Shown in pieces: positions 19,393 through 28,990 of a DNA stretch of 64,000 nucleotides. The number at the start of each line of letters is the position of its first letter. The stretch's first letter is position 1. Source of the DNA: Candidatus Latescibacterota bacterium (GTDB taxonomy: Bacteria > Latescibacterota > UBA2968 > GCA-2709665); the NCBI GenBank assembly GCA_963667175.2, contig CAXXXF010000015.1, positions 96,001 through 160,000 of the forward strand, in the 5' to 3' direction. The translations under genes were made by a program, and so were the position numbers. The notes beneath the pieces are model-generated. The model was not told where the DNA came from and ran no database searches. It saw only the letters and a list, made by a program, of their open reading frames with translations.

Positions 19393-20890
19393 GGGAATGT
19401 ACCTATCTTAGTTGAAATAGAAGAGGCTCCGATGTAAATTGGATACGGTAGTCTGGATAAGAATTACTGTATCCTCATACGAAAGGAGCCTGTAATGAGC
19501 AAGGTATCATCGAAGTCTCGTGAAGTCAAGTTGAACACGGAAGGTGGAGTGAGGTCCAGGGCGGTCCCCCGAGGTACTCTGGAGGATGTTGACGTCCGTG
19601 TGGCCTTGATCCAGTCGCTGATCCCTCTGGGTCTGGCCGCCGTGGAAGAAATCTTGCAGAACGAGGTCGCCGCGTTGACGGGCAAGAGATACAGTCGCAA
19701 AACGTGTAAGACCCGGAATCGCCGGTGGGGCACGCAACGGGGATCGGTGTATCTATCGGACCAGAAAGTGCCCGTGGCGGTGCCGAGGGTGCGCGACGTG
19801 GTAGCCAATGAGGAGGTATCTCTCGAGGCGTATCGCCGCTTGCAGCGCCCCAGAGACATGGACGAAGGGTTGCTGCTGCGCGTCCTGGGCGGCCTCGCCA
19901 CGCGTTCCTACGCCGGTTGCGCAGAGGCGGTACCCGAGGCGTTTGGCTTGTCTTCGTCGACGGTCTCGAAGCGGTTCATCAAGGCATCAGCGGCCAAGCT
20001 CAGGCAGTTTCAAGAACGGTCGCTTGCCGGCTATGACCTGGTGGGGCTGTTTATGGATGGCAAGACCTTTGCCGATCAGCAGATGATCATCGCCCTTGGC
20101 GTGACCATCGACGGACACAAGGTCCCGCTGGGGTTCGTGCAGGCCGCCAGTGAAAATGAGCGCGTGTGCCGTCAGTTTGTCAATTCGCTCATCGATCGCG
20201 GACTGCAGTATCACCAGGGGCTGCTGTGCCTCATCGACGGCTCGAAGGGATTGCGGTCCGCGGCTCACCAAGGCCCTCTCCGGATACGTCGCCATACAAC
20301 GCTGTCAGCCTGCCTGCCGAGCATCCGGCGCAGGCAGGTGGCACAAACGGGAAAACGTGATCGCCTATCTGTCCAAATCACAGCAGGATGAGGTCAGAAA
20401 GGCCCTCCACGATGCTTACAACAAGGAGACCTACAACGACGCCAAAGCCGCACTGCAGGCCCTCAAACCCTCCCTGGCGCTGAGGAATGCAGCGGCACTG
20501 AACAGCCTCGAGGAAGGGCTCGAAGAAACCCTCACCCTGCATCGGCTGGGGCTCATGCCACAGCTCAAACAATCGTTCCGCACCACCAACTGTATCGAAT
20601 CCCTCAACGCCATGGTCGCTCAGCGCACACGAAACGTAAAGCGATGGAACAACTCCGATCAGCGATATCGGCCTGCCTGCCGGCAGGCAGGTGGTTGGCA
20701 GCCGCGCTGCTAGACATCGAGCCGCGACTGCGCCTGCCTGCAGCAGGCAGGGAGAATCAAAGGATACCGATTTCTTCCCGTACTCAGACTTGCCCTACAA
20801 AAACACCTCAACCTCGATCATGACGCGCAAGAGGCTTTCGCCGCCGACTAAGCGCCTCTCCTTTTTCAACTAAAAATAGTACTTGCCCCC
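19393..20890 (+). mobile_element. IS256-family element with disrupted transposase
   Basis: IRs share TTAGTTGAAA..GAGGC; 8-bp TSD TTGCTGGC at 19385-19392 and 20891-20898; motifs LFMDG, LIDGSKGL, QRCQWHKREN and RTTNCIESLN. Confidence 0.92.
19495..20851 (+). pseudogene. IS256 transposase with one frameshift and three palindromic insertions
   Basis: Frameshift near 20261; insertions at 20309-20338, 20672-20691 and 20733-20751. Confidence 0.9.
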
Positions 20891-20931
20891 TTGCTGGCCG
20901 TAGGCAAGCGCAGTTACGCAGGATTCTGACT

Positions 20932-22059
20932 TCACGACTGCGTCAGCAGCAGGTCCCATGGGATCGGTGCTTCCGTACCGGTTATATTCAGATAATATTC
21001 CTCTACGTAACTGACGTCGTCGTCGGCCCCTTTTCGTTTCAATTCCGCGTCCATGTTGACCTCGACTTCGTATGACAATCCCGCAATCCCTCCCTCGTCA
21101 ATGAGCACTCGGGCTGCCTTGGCCAGCAGTGACGCCCTTTCGGTGTTGACCATCGCTAGAATTGCATCTCCACCCACATTCTCTTCAAAGTAACGCCAAC
21201 GGTCGAAGACGTGCCTCCCTTCCTCCAGCACTTCCTCGATCTCCGAGAAGTCCGCAATCAAACGCGTTTTGCAATCTTCAGGTAGTTCTTCGTACAGGCC
21301 CAAAAGGTCGTGAGTTTTTTTCGCTTCGTCTTGGCGTGTGACTAAAATAGCCTTCAATGCCAACTCGCAGGCAAAGGCGACGGTCATTCCCGATATCATT
21401 ATTAGACCCATTCGCTCCATCATCACACGTTCTGCCGATTGCGGGTTTCGATGTGGTGCCTTTGCTGATACACGAAAATCGGAACCGTCGTTTTCTACTT
21501 CGATGTCGGAAATGCCGGGTGTCTCGAAGTCGTAATCCGGGTATTGGATAACCCGCTTTTCGAAGGGAAGACTCGCGGTCCCAGCCATAAAAGTATAGGC
21601 CTGAAGATACAGGTAACCGGCCGTCCCTCTTGGAAAGTCGTGTCGACTAATCGTCTTCTTCTTACGCCCCTCGGCTAATTTCGCATTGTACCGTCTGTCG
21701 AAATATGCCGTGTCACGATCCATTTCAGGAAAGACCTTGAGCACGAACTTCGCATCCTCGCGATACTTCGCGGCTAGACCCCGACGTGCTGAAGGCAGAT
21801 TCTCAACCATCTCACGGCACATTTTTTCCATCTCGCGAATTGCATCATCTCCTTCGACTGATTTCCCGCACACCCGGCACTTAATCTCAGTCCACCGCTC
21901 TCCCGCACCTAGCTGTCCGACCAATCGACCCCAACAATTCATGCAGCGTCCCTTAATCACTGCCGAGGCCGCCTCGCCTGCACGATGATCGTGAAAGTCC
22001 AACCGCCATCCGATCTCGACTGCTACGGTGTCTGCTTTCTGATCCATGATCTTCCCCAA
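20932..22059 (-). CDS. Hypothetical protein: N-terminal zinc ribbon and C-terminal HEPN-like domain
   Basis: CMNC...CRVC; AFACELALKAIL...KTHDLLGLYEELP...FDRWRY. Confidence 0.65.
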   Translation of the reverse strand: MGKIMDQKADTVAVEIGWRLDFHDHRAGEAASAVIKGRCMNCWGRLVGQLGAGERWTEIKCRVCGKSVEGDDAIREMEKMCREMVENLPSARRGLAAKYREDAKFVLKVFPEMDRDTAYFDRRYNAKLAEGRKKKTISRHDFPRGTAGYLYLQAYTFMAGTASLPFEKRVIQYPDYDFETPGISDIEVENDGSDFRVSAKAPHRNPQSAERVMMERMGLIMISGMTVAFACELALKAILVTRQDEAKKTHDLLGLYEELPEDCKTRLIADFSEIEEVLEEGRHVFDRWRYFEENVGGDAILAMVNTERASLLAKAARVLIDEGGIAGLSYEVEVNMDAELKRKGADDDVSYVEEYYLNITGTEAPIPWDLLLTQS

Positions 22060-22167
22060 AATTCAATGTGTTACACTATGCTCTTTCTGACAGCGTCTCG
22101 TTCCATGTCCCCTTCAGGTGTCGTTCTCGCCCGACTCCGACAGAAACTGCGTTCCCTTGTTTGTTGT

Positions 22168-22947
22168 TGTCACGGATTGCCCCAATCAGGCCACCTTTGA
22201 TCGGCGTACTGGAGCCGAGACCATGCCGGCACCATCACAAAGGGCCACGTCGCGATGGTCTGGTGCGTGAAGACGTCCACGATCGTTGGACCACGCCCAA
22301 AGTCCACCTTGTCAATGATCGGTGTAAAGGCACCACGTCGCCCGGATCGAAGTCCAACACGGTTGTGACGTCGGGATGCGCGTCTTTGAGCTGCTGGAGA
22401 AAACGACGGATGGAAGAATACGAGCCGGCATAGCCGTAGGTGTCCACCAACGCCTGGCGGATGATTGTGTCACGGAAACCCTGACAGCATCAGGCCGTGA
22501 CCTTGTCCTCGCAGGGTGGGACCGACGACACCGACTGAGGCCGCGAGGAAGCAGCCTGTAGAACCTGGGCAAGGGTCGCATCATCAGGCAGCACGCGAGA
22601 AGCATCCAGCCATCTCTCACGGCCTGCCACGTCACGTGGCGCCTGCCTGTGCGTGTACGCACGTAGACAAGCACTGGCCTTCTCGCGACCCATCAACACT
22701 CCACGGGCGATCGCACGGTACGACTCGCCTAGCCGCAAACATCTCAATACCTGGCAATGCTCACACACCTCGAACATCCGGTTTGCGATGTTCTTCCCTC
22801 CTGACTGTCGGGGAGACACTTAGAAGGTAGAAACGTTGCCGGATAGTCCGAAACCTATATCGCATCCCAGGTGGCCGCATTAGGCCGATCTTCAACTGGC
22901 CTCATTATGCCGATCCCGCATTGTCCGCATATTGGCGATCATTAACA
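22168..22947 (-). mobile_element. Internally deleted IS21-family element
   Basis: Ends TGTCACGGATTGCC and TGTTAATGATCGCC with internal repeats; degraded istA pieces (LRLGESYRAIAR; GYAGSYSSIRRFL...TTVLDFDPGD). Confidence 0.75.
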
Positions 22948-23497
22948 ACCTATCATGCGTCGTCGTCGTCCGGCGGACGGTTCAGGGGATGCCCAGGATC
23001 TCGGAGGCTTGTTTTTGGATCTCTAGGATCGTGTTCGCCTGTTCCAATCGTCGTCGCAAACGGGCGTTTTCCTTGCACAGTTGCTCGTTCTCGACGGCCG
23101 CCTCGTCGCGGCGACGCCCCTTGGGTCCCCGCGGCTTGGATAGCGCCTTGAGCGACCCCTCTCGACGCGCACGACGCCACTGGGTCAATTGTGAGGAATA
23201 AAGACCCTCGCGGCGCAGCAGCGCGCCAACTTCACCTGGGGCCTCGCAAGCGTCCGCCTCTTCCAGGATGCGAAGCTTGTACGTTGCCGTGAACCGACGA
23301 CGCTTCGCGCGCGCCGGCGCCTCCGGATCCGGCCTCGTGGTTGAGGAGGTCCTCCGCGGGACCTCCTCAACCAGAGACCCCTTGCTGCCGTTGTCTCCAA
23401 CATCGATTCTTGATCTCATCTCTTGTTCTCCTGTCCGCCCATGATACGACATTGAACTCGGAGTGGAAATTGTCTCACTCTATATTGGCACGTAGGG
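22948..23497 (-). mobile_element. Partial IS3 (left end + orfA with late frameshift), copy 3
   Basis: Homologous to 17421-17971; 1-bp deletion near 22985. Confidence 0.9.
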
Positions 23498-23642
23498 ATG
23501 TGTGATTATGGCAGAGGAACCCATTGATAGTTTTCCATCTATCGGGTTTCCTCATTCTTGACACTCTGGTAGGTCGTCTCTATATTGTCCATCGTCTAAG
23601 GAATTAAAGCTGTTGATTTGTCTACGGAAATCTGAGGAAGTG

Positions 23643-24092
23643 ATGTCGATGACTGCGAAATTAAAACACCTTGAATTTATACTAGGTGTGGTTGATCGAC
23701 TTGCGAATAATTCCTTTCGTTTTAAGCGATGGACTGTAATTTTGGTATCGGCTATCTTTGTTTTGTTAGCAAAAGAAGATCGTGGTGAATTTGCGTTCAT
23801 TGGTCTTCTTCCAGTAATGATATTTTGGGGACTTGATGGTTATTTCCTCTGGCAAGAACGTCTATTTCGCGATCTGTATGATAAAGTTCGTAATTTGGAA
23901 GAAAAAGAGATTAACTTTTCAATGGAGACTAAGGAATTTCAAAGAACCTGGCTTGGTGCGGTTTTTTCAACGACAATTTGGCCATTTTATCTTGGGTTAG
24001 TTATATTAATCGGCATCGTAATAGTGGGATGGCGATTAACTAAAATCACAGGAGTTTGCGCCAATGGCACGACGAGTCTTTTTCAGTTTTGA
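23643..24092 (+). CDS. Small multi-pass membrane protein associated with TIR gene
   Basis: KLKHLEFILGVVDRLANNSFRFKRW, about three hydrophobic segments, FWGLDGYFLWQERLFRDLYDKVR; overlaps the TIR start. Confidence 0.8.
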   Translation: MSMTAKLKHLEFILGVVDRLANNSFRFKRWTVILVSAIFVLLAKEDRGEFAFIGLLPVMIFWGLDGYFLWQERLFRDLYDKVRNLEEKEINFSMETKEFQRTWLGAVFSTTIWPFYLGLVILIGIVIVGWRLTKITGVCANGTTSLFQF

Positions 24093-24507
24093 GTATGAAC
24101 ATGATGTATCTCGCGCCATGGTTGTTCGCAATAGTTGGGTTACACAAGGCAAAGAAGCGGCAGGTTTTATAGATGCAGCTGCTTTTGAGGAAATTAAAAA
24201 AGGAGGGGATGCGGCAATAAAACGTTGGATCAGAGGCCAGCTCCAAAGAACTACTGTCACAGTAGTATTGGTAGGTTCTCATACTTGCGATAGTGAATAT
24301 GTAGAGTATGAGATCGAACAAAGCGAGAAAAGAGGCAATGGGTTGATTGGAATTGACATTAGTAAAATTAAGAATTTAGATGGCGATACATCGGAACGTT
24401 GTGGTATGATTCCAAAGGGTTATAATTTTTATCTTTGGAATAAGAATGATGGTTATAGCAATATGGGAGATTGGATTGAAGAAGCTGCGGAAGCAGCTGG
24501 GCATTAA
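24064..24507 (+). CDS. TIR domain protein (DUF1863 / ThsB-like)
   Basis: RRVFFSFEY..D, IKRWIRGQL..TTVTVVLVG, and catalytic-Glu region YVEYEIEQS. Confidence 0.9.
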   Translation: MARRVFFSFEYEHDVSRAMVVRNSWVTQGKEAAGFIDAAAFEEIKKGGDAAIKRWIRGQLQRTTVTVVLVGSHTCDSEYVEYEIEQSEKRGNGLIGIDISKIKNLDGDTSERCGMIPKGYNFYLWNKNDGYSNMGDWIEEAAEAAGH

Positions 24508-24707
24508 ATCAATATAGGAGCATCTATGGTGGCTCGTAATATATCTGTATCTTATACATATGGTCTATCGAAGCTTCGCCTCAGGCCGCCGAGACGTGTT
24601 GATGCGTAAAAGTGTTTGTGTAAATTAAATAGGCCCCAGTTGAGCGCTCTCAGCAGTAAACTTGACTTAAATGCAACAAAATCGCGTACCCAAGCAGGCT
24701 AGCGTGT

Positions 24708-27683
24708 TCATCCTCCTACCGCCGTGTGCAGATCGTCGAAACTCTTCGCTACTTCGTATCGAATTGGCGATTCTCCCACCCTGAGCGCATTGAAGTGCGC
24801 CTTGCCGCACTCGATCTTGCCGCTCTCGACGTCTCGAAGATCATCGGCAAACCGGCTTCCCTTCGTTTCCACGACGAAATACAACCGCTCCCCTTCATCG
24901 GTGTCGATCAATACGGCCCAATCGGGATTGTAGCCGCCGAGCGGCGTCGGCACCTCGAACCAACCCGGTAACTTTGCGTATACCTTAACGGCCGTGTTTT
25001 TCTCCAGATCATCGGCGAATTGGGCTTCCACGCCGGATTCGTAAACGACCTTGTCGTAGACAGACTTCGTCGCATTGAGCATGTTTTTCAGATATCCGGT
25101 CAACTCTTCATTTTGAAACAGTTCTTGCGCGTAATAGTGATCGTCGCCCAGGCGCTCGTACTTGATTCCGTCGACTAAGACTTTTCTCTTGCAACGGTTT
25201 ATAACCTGGTCGGCCAGATCGATAAACTGCTGGGGGTTTCGCTTGAAGTCCTCGAGCCGTCCGCTTTCGCACAGGACGCGATGGATGCTCCGCCGCGTGA
25301 GCTGCGTTCGATCCTGGAGTTCTGTGAGTACATCGGGCAGTTCGATTTCTGCCTCGTTTAACGTAACCGTTGCCGCTCCGGACGTCTCGGTGGCTTCGAC
25401 CCCGGCCTGACCGATTGCGATATCCGCCGTGCGCCACTGAAGCCTCGTTCTGGGGATGTCCGGCGCCTTTTGAAGCGCTTCGATGCACTGCTTAATCAGG
25501 TGTTCGTTGTCAAACACCACTCGATAGGTCGTCTTGTACTTTATCCGGTCCCAAAGCGCCTTGAATTCGGCGCTTTGGAGCACTGCCTGCCGAGTTCGAA
25601 CCGAACGGCGTTCGTCCGCGTCCTTGATCTCGAGGCGCCCCGCAAGCTTTCGAAGAATCCTGGCGATTTCCGCTTGTTGTGCCGCATAGCTCTCGGGCAC
25701 AACGAACGTCTCCTCCTTGAGCGCTTTGCGAAGCGAGTCCTGAATACGTCCTGCCGCGTCGATATACCGATCATCTCTCAGTTGTTCCCATAGCGTCTTC
25801 GACGCATCGAAGCCAAGGACGCCGGTTTCACCGGTGTCGCCAATAACCGGTATCGCCGCAAACTGATGCGGCGTGACGATGCCAAAGCGAATCCCCGTGT
25901 CCTGCTCAATCTCGTGCTGCAGGTTTTCAGCGAACTCTTCATAGCTTTCCATCGCCACGACCGTGAGTGTGTTAATATCGAAACCTCTCAGACGCTCCCC
26001 GTCCTGGTTGACGCAAAGGCGTAATCCTCGCCCGATCGTCTGACGCCTTTCCTGCTCGGTCCGAATGTCGCGGAGCGCGCAAATCTGGAAGACGTTGGGG
26101 TTGTCCCATCCCTCCCGCAATGCGGAATGGGAGAAAATGAACTTGAGCGGTGTGTCGAGGCTCAAGAGTTGCTCCTTTTCCCTCATGATCAAATTGTACG
26201 CCCGCTCAGCGCTGTCGCGGTTGGTCTGGTTATTCTCCGCCGTATCCGTCCAGCCGCCTTTCCTGTCAATCGAGAAGTAGCCGTTGTGGACGTCATCCGC
26301 GGCTTTATCGAGGTCGACCTCTGCGAATAATGTGCGGTATTTGGGGAATTTCGCAAGACGCCGGTATTCTTGCTCGAACATTTTCGCGTACACGCCTTTA
26401 ACGGAGTTGCCGTCCTCGTCATACTGGCGATACCGATCCACTGCGTCAATGAAAAAGAGGCTAAGCACTTTGATACCCTTTGGCCTCAGCCGTTGCTCTT
26501 TGTCGAGGTGCTCCTCTATGGTACGGCGTATCATCTGACGCTGTAAATCAAGAGTATCGACGTCGCCCGAGGTCTCGCCGGGGCATAGGAATTCCTCGCC
26601 GCCCGGCGATTGAAATTCGACGAATTCGTTACCCTGTTCGACGCGAATCTCGCCAATTCGACAGTCTCTGTAAACTATGCGCTCTGTGATCTGCTCAAGA
26701 TCATCCCCGCCATAGACTTCCAACTCCTGGCGTCTTACTCCGCTTTTGGTCTGCAAATCGAGTTCGACAGTCGCAGAGATAGTGTTACGGCGGTTTCGCG
26801 TCGAAATCAGCCGGATGTAAGGATTGTTGTGCGCGTTTTCGACGGTAGCTGCCGCGACTTCGATCTGCTTCACCAACTTTCGTTCGTATGCATCTACGGC
26901 GTCGAGTCGATACACCATGTGATATTGGTCGACGTGGGTCGCAGAGTAACGGAGGGTGCAAAGCGGATTCATGGCCGCCAGGGCTTTCCTGCCCTGGCCC
27001 CGCAGACCCCCGTCTACACTCTGAGGTTCATCTACGATCAGAATCGGATTTGTCGCCTTGATCAGATCGATTGGCTTCTCGCCGCCCGTCTTCTCGCTGT
27101 CTTTGTATAGATTGTTGACGTCCCTTTTGTTGATGGCGCCAACCGTCACAACCATAATCTGAATCTGTGGACTCGTCGCGAAATTCCGCACCTGTCCAAG
27201 TTTGGCCGAATCGTAAAGGAAGTAGTCGAACGGCGCGCCTGAGTAAAGCGCCTTGAAGTGTTCCTCGGTAATCTGCAGTGACTTGTAGACTCCCTCCTTG
27301 ATGGCGATGGACGGCACGACAATGACGAACTTGGTAAACCCGTAGCGTTTGTTCAGTTCGAAAATCGTGCGGCTGTAGACGTACGTCTTGCCGGTGCCGG
27401 TTTCCATCTCCACCGTGAAATCCCCGGTGTCCAGATGGTCAGTCGGGGGCAGTCCGTTCCGAAGCTGAATGGCGTGGAGATTTTCCAGGATCTCATCATC
27501 GAGAAGGGTCAGGCGGTTGCCAATGCCGAGATCGGTCTGGTCAAATCCCAGACGTTCCTGGGGCCCTGCTTCCCGGGTGACCGTGAAGTCGGTTCGGCAG
27601 ATTTCCTGTCCGCGAAAGAGGTCGCAGACGGCATCAATCGCCTGAAGCTGGAAATCGAGATTTGGTTCAAAATGAAGTTTCAT
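24708..27683 (-). CDS. res: Type III restriction endonuclease Res subunit
   Basis: EMETGTGKT, IVDEPQ, LRYSATH, SALREGWDNPNVFQIC, QTIGRGLRL and nuclease motif YNPDWA...VVETKG. Confidence 0.95.
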   Translation of the reverse strand: MKLHFEPNLDFQLQAIDAVCDLFRGQEICRTDFTVTREAGPQERLGFDQTDLGIGNRLTLLDDEILENLHAIQLRNGLPPTDHLDTGDFTVEMETGTGKTYVYSRTIFELNKRYGFTKFVIVVPSIAIKEGVYKSLQITEEHFKALYSGAPFDYFLYDSAKLGQVRNFATSPQIQIMVVTVGAINKRDVNNLYKDSEKTGGEKPIDLIKATNPILIVDEPQSVDGGLRGQGRKALAAMNPLCTLRYSATHVDQYHMVYRLDAVDAYERKLVKQIEVAAATVENAHNNPYIRLISTRNRRNTISATVELDLQTKSGVRRQELEVYGGDDLEQITERIVYRDCRIGEIRVEQGNEFVEFQSPGGEEFLCPGETSGDVDTLDLQRQMIRRTIEEHLDKEQRLRPKGIKVLSLFFIDAVDRYRQYDEDGNSVKGVYAKMFEQEYRRLAKFPKYRTLFAEVDLDKAADDVHNGYFSIDRKGGWTDTAENNQTNRDSAERAYNLIMREKEQLLSLDTPLKFIFSHSALREGWDNPNVFQICALRDIRTEQERRQTIGRGLRLCVNQDGERLRGFDINTLTVVAMESYEEFAENLQHEIEQDTGIRFGIVTPHQFAAIPVIGDTGETGVLGFDASKTLWEQLRDDRYIDAAGRIQDSLRKALKEETFVVPESYAAQQAEIARILRKLAGRLEIKDADERRSVRTRQAVLQSAEFKALWDRIKYKTTYRVVFDNEHLIKQCIEALQKAPDIPRTRLQWRTADIAIGQAGVEATETSGAATVTLNEAEIELPDVLTELQDRTQLTRRSIHRVLCESGRLEDFKRNPQQFIDLADQVINRCKRKVLVDGIKYERLGDDHYYAQELFQNEELTGYLKNMLNATKSVYDKVVYESGVEAQFADDLEKNTAVKVYAKLPGWFEVPTPLGGYNPDWAVLIDTDEGERLYFVVETKGSRFADDLRDVESGKIECGKAHFNALRVGESPIRYEVAKSFDDLHTAVGG

Positions 27684-27689
27684 AGCCGA

Positions 27690-27823
27690 TTAGAATAGAA
27701 GGTCCTGAACGTCATCAGGGATTGGGAGGACCCCGACAATCACCCAGGGATTCGGTGCAACTTGATGGTATTGCTGGACCGTCCCGAGAAAACCAGAATG
27801 CATTGTTTGGTCGTGTCGTTCAA
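27690..27823 (-). pseudogene. Nearly fully deleted partner gene of DUF488 copy 2
   Basis: Start NDTTKQCILV (compare TDTSKQRFLV in copy 1) is fused out of frame to a C-terminus FLGTVQQYHQVAPNPWVIVGVLPIPDDVQDLLF*. Confidence 0.6.
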
Positions 27824-28776
27824 AGGTGTTTTACGCCGCCGAGGGGGTGGAAGGGTCGAGCGTCTCTATCTGCAGGGTGGCTCTGATCGGTGACCTTTTC
27901 GAGCGCATTAGCAACGCAATGACGATGGCACTGGCCGGCTTCGAGTTCGAAACAGGTGAGTGCTACGGACTCGCCTGAGTCCAGCCAAGCGCCGATTCTT
28001 TCCAGGGCATCGCCTTGATTCGGCAGGATCGTCTGTTCAAAGGTTTTGAACAGTTCTTTGAAATCCGCTTCGGTCTTAAGGCCTCGTCGTCGCCAGGATT
28101 CAATTCCGAGTTCCGGAAGATGTTCATAACGAATACCTACGCCTGTGCAAGCGCGCTCAAGTGTGGTCTTGGAAAACCCGTACTTGCGGCTGATCGCATT
28201 CCGTCTCACGTCGCACAATAGGGTCACGCCTGCACGGATGAGGAGATTCAGGTATTGTTCAATGGACCGCCCTTCGTAGCCAATCGTGAATAGCTGCGAT
28301 GGTGTTGTTTTGGGACGTCTGGACTTAATCCGATCAAGCGTCGGCCGATCGTCCTCCAAGACCTGCTCTGCGATTTCACTGTGTATCGCATAATACGGGT
28401 ACCGCCGGTAGGTATCCGCAACGAGCGCATCCCCTCGCAGGTTTCGATACCTTGAAGCGAACGAACGAATCGAACTGTTTTCAGAATCTCGTCCGATATT
28501 ACTCCCGTCTTCTGTCAGAACCCAATTTTGGTCGTCATCCGCGAGCAGCCCCCAATCCACCAGGCGGCGTCGGTCGGCGTAACTGGTAAACGAGAATGCG
28601 CCATAATGGTAGGGGACAAAGTCGTAGAGTCCTTGGGTTGATTGAGTAGTCCCGTGTGATGAGCGCTCCTTACAGTAAAGAAATAGAAGCTTCTGAAAGT
28701 CCGTATAGCTCACGTCCCCGCCGATCGCGTCGAGCAAGCCGAGTAGCAGGCGCTGGCGGCGGTACAGACGTGGCAT
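27820..28776 (-). CDS. DUF488 domain protein, copy 2
   Basis: Same length and motifs as 8334-9290, with many substitutions. Confidence 0.85.
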   Translation of the reverse strand: MPRLYRRQRLLLGLLDAIGGDVSYTDFQKLLFLYCKERSSHGTTQSTQGLYDFVPYHYGAFSFTSYADRRRLVDWGLLADDDQNWVLTEDGSNIGRDSENSSIRSFASRYRNLRGDALVADTYRRYPYYAIHSEIAEQVLEDDRPTLDRIKSRRPKTTPSQLFTIGYEGRSIEQYLNLLIRAGVTLLCDVRRNAISRKYGFSKTTLERACTGVGIRYEHLPELGIESWRRRGLKTEADFKELFKTFEQTILPNQGDALERIGAWLDSGESVALTCFELEAGQCHRHCVANALEKVTDQSHPADRDARPFHPLGGVKHL

Positions 28777-28890
28777 AGTTCCTTCTTTCAAATGTTGAAC
28801 TGGCACACTTGTCATCGCAATGGGTCCTGACCTGCCCCGCGTAATAGAGACGAAAATGGATACCCGGTTCGGTTGGGAGAGTGGATGTTA

Positions 28891-28960
28891 CTACAGACTG
28901 CGCACATTCCCCAAGCCATGCTGCTCCAGGATAGCTGTATAGTTGGTTTTGGCGACATCG
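28891..28960 (-). repeat. Second copy of the mod 3' tail
   Basis: Encodes DVAKTNYTAILEQHGLGNVRSL*; 28901-28932 is identical to 33591-33622. Confidence 0.95.
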
Positions 28961-28990
28961 CTACCTGAGGCTTGGATTACAACGATCAAT

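Noticed and set aside
8334-28932. DGR template/variable repeat pair
   Set aside because: Differences between the DUF488 copies are not adenine-specific and no reverse transcriptase is present.
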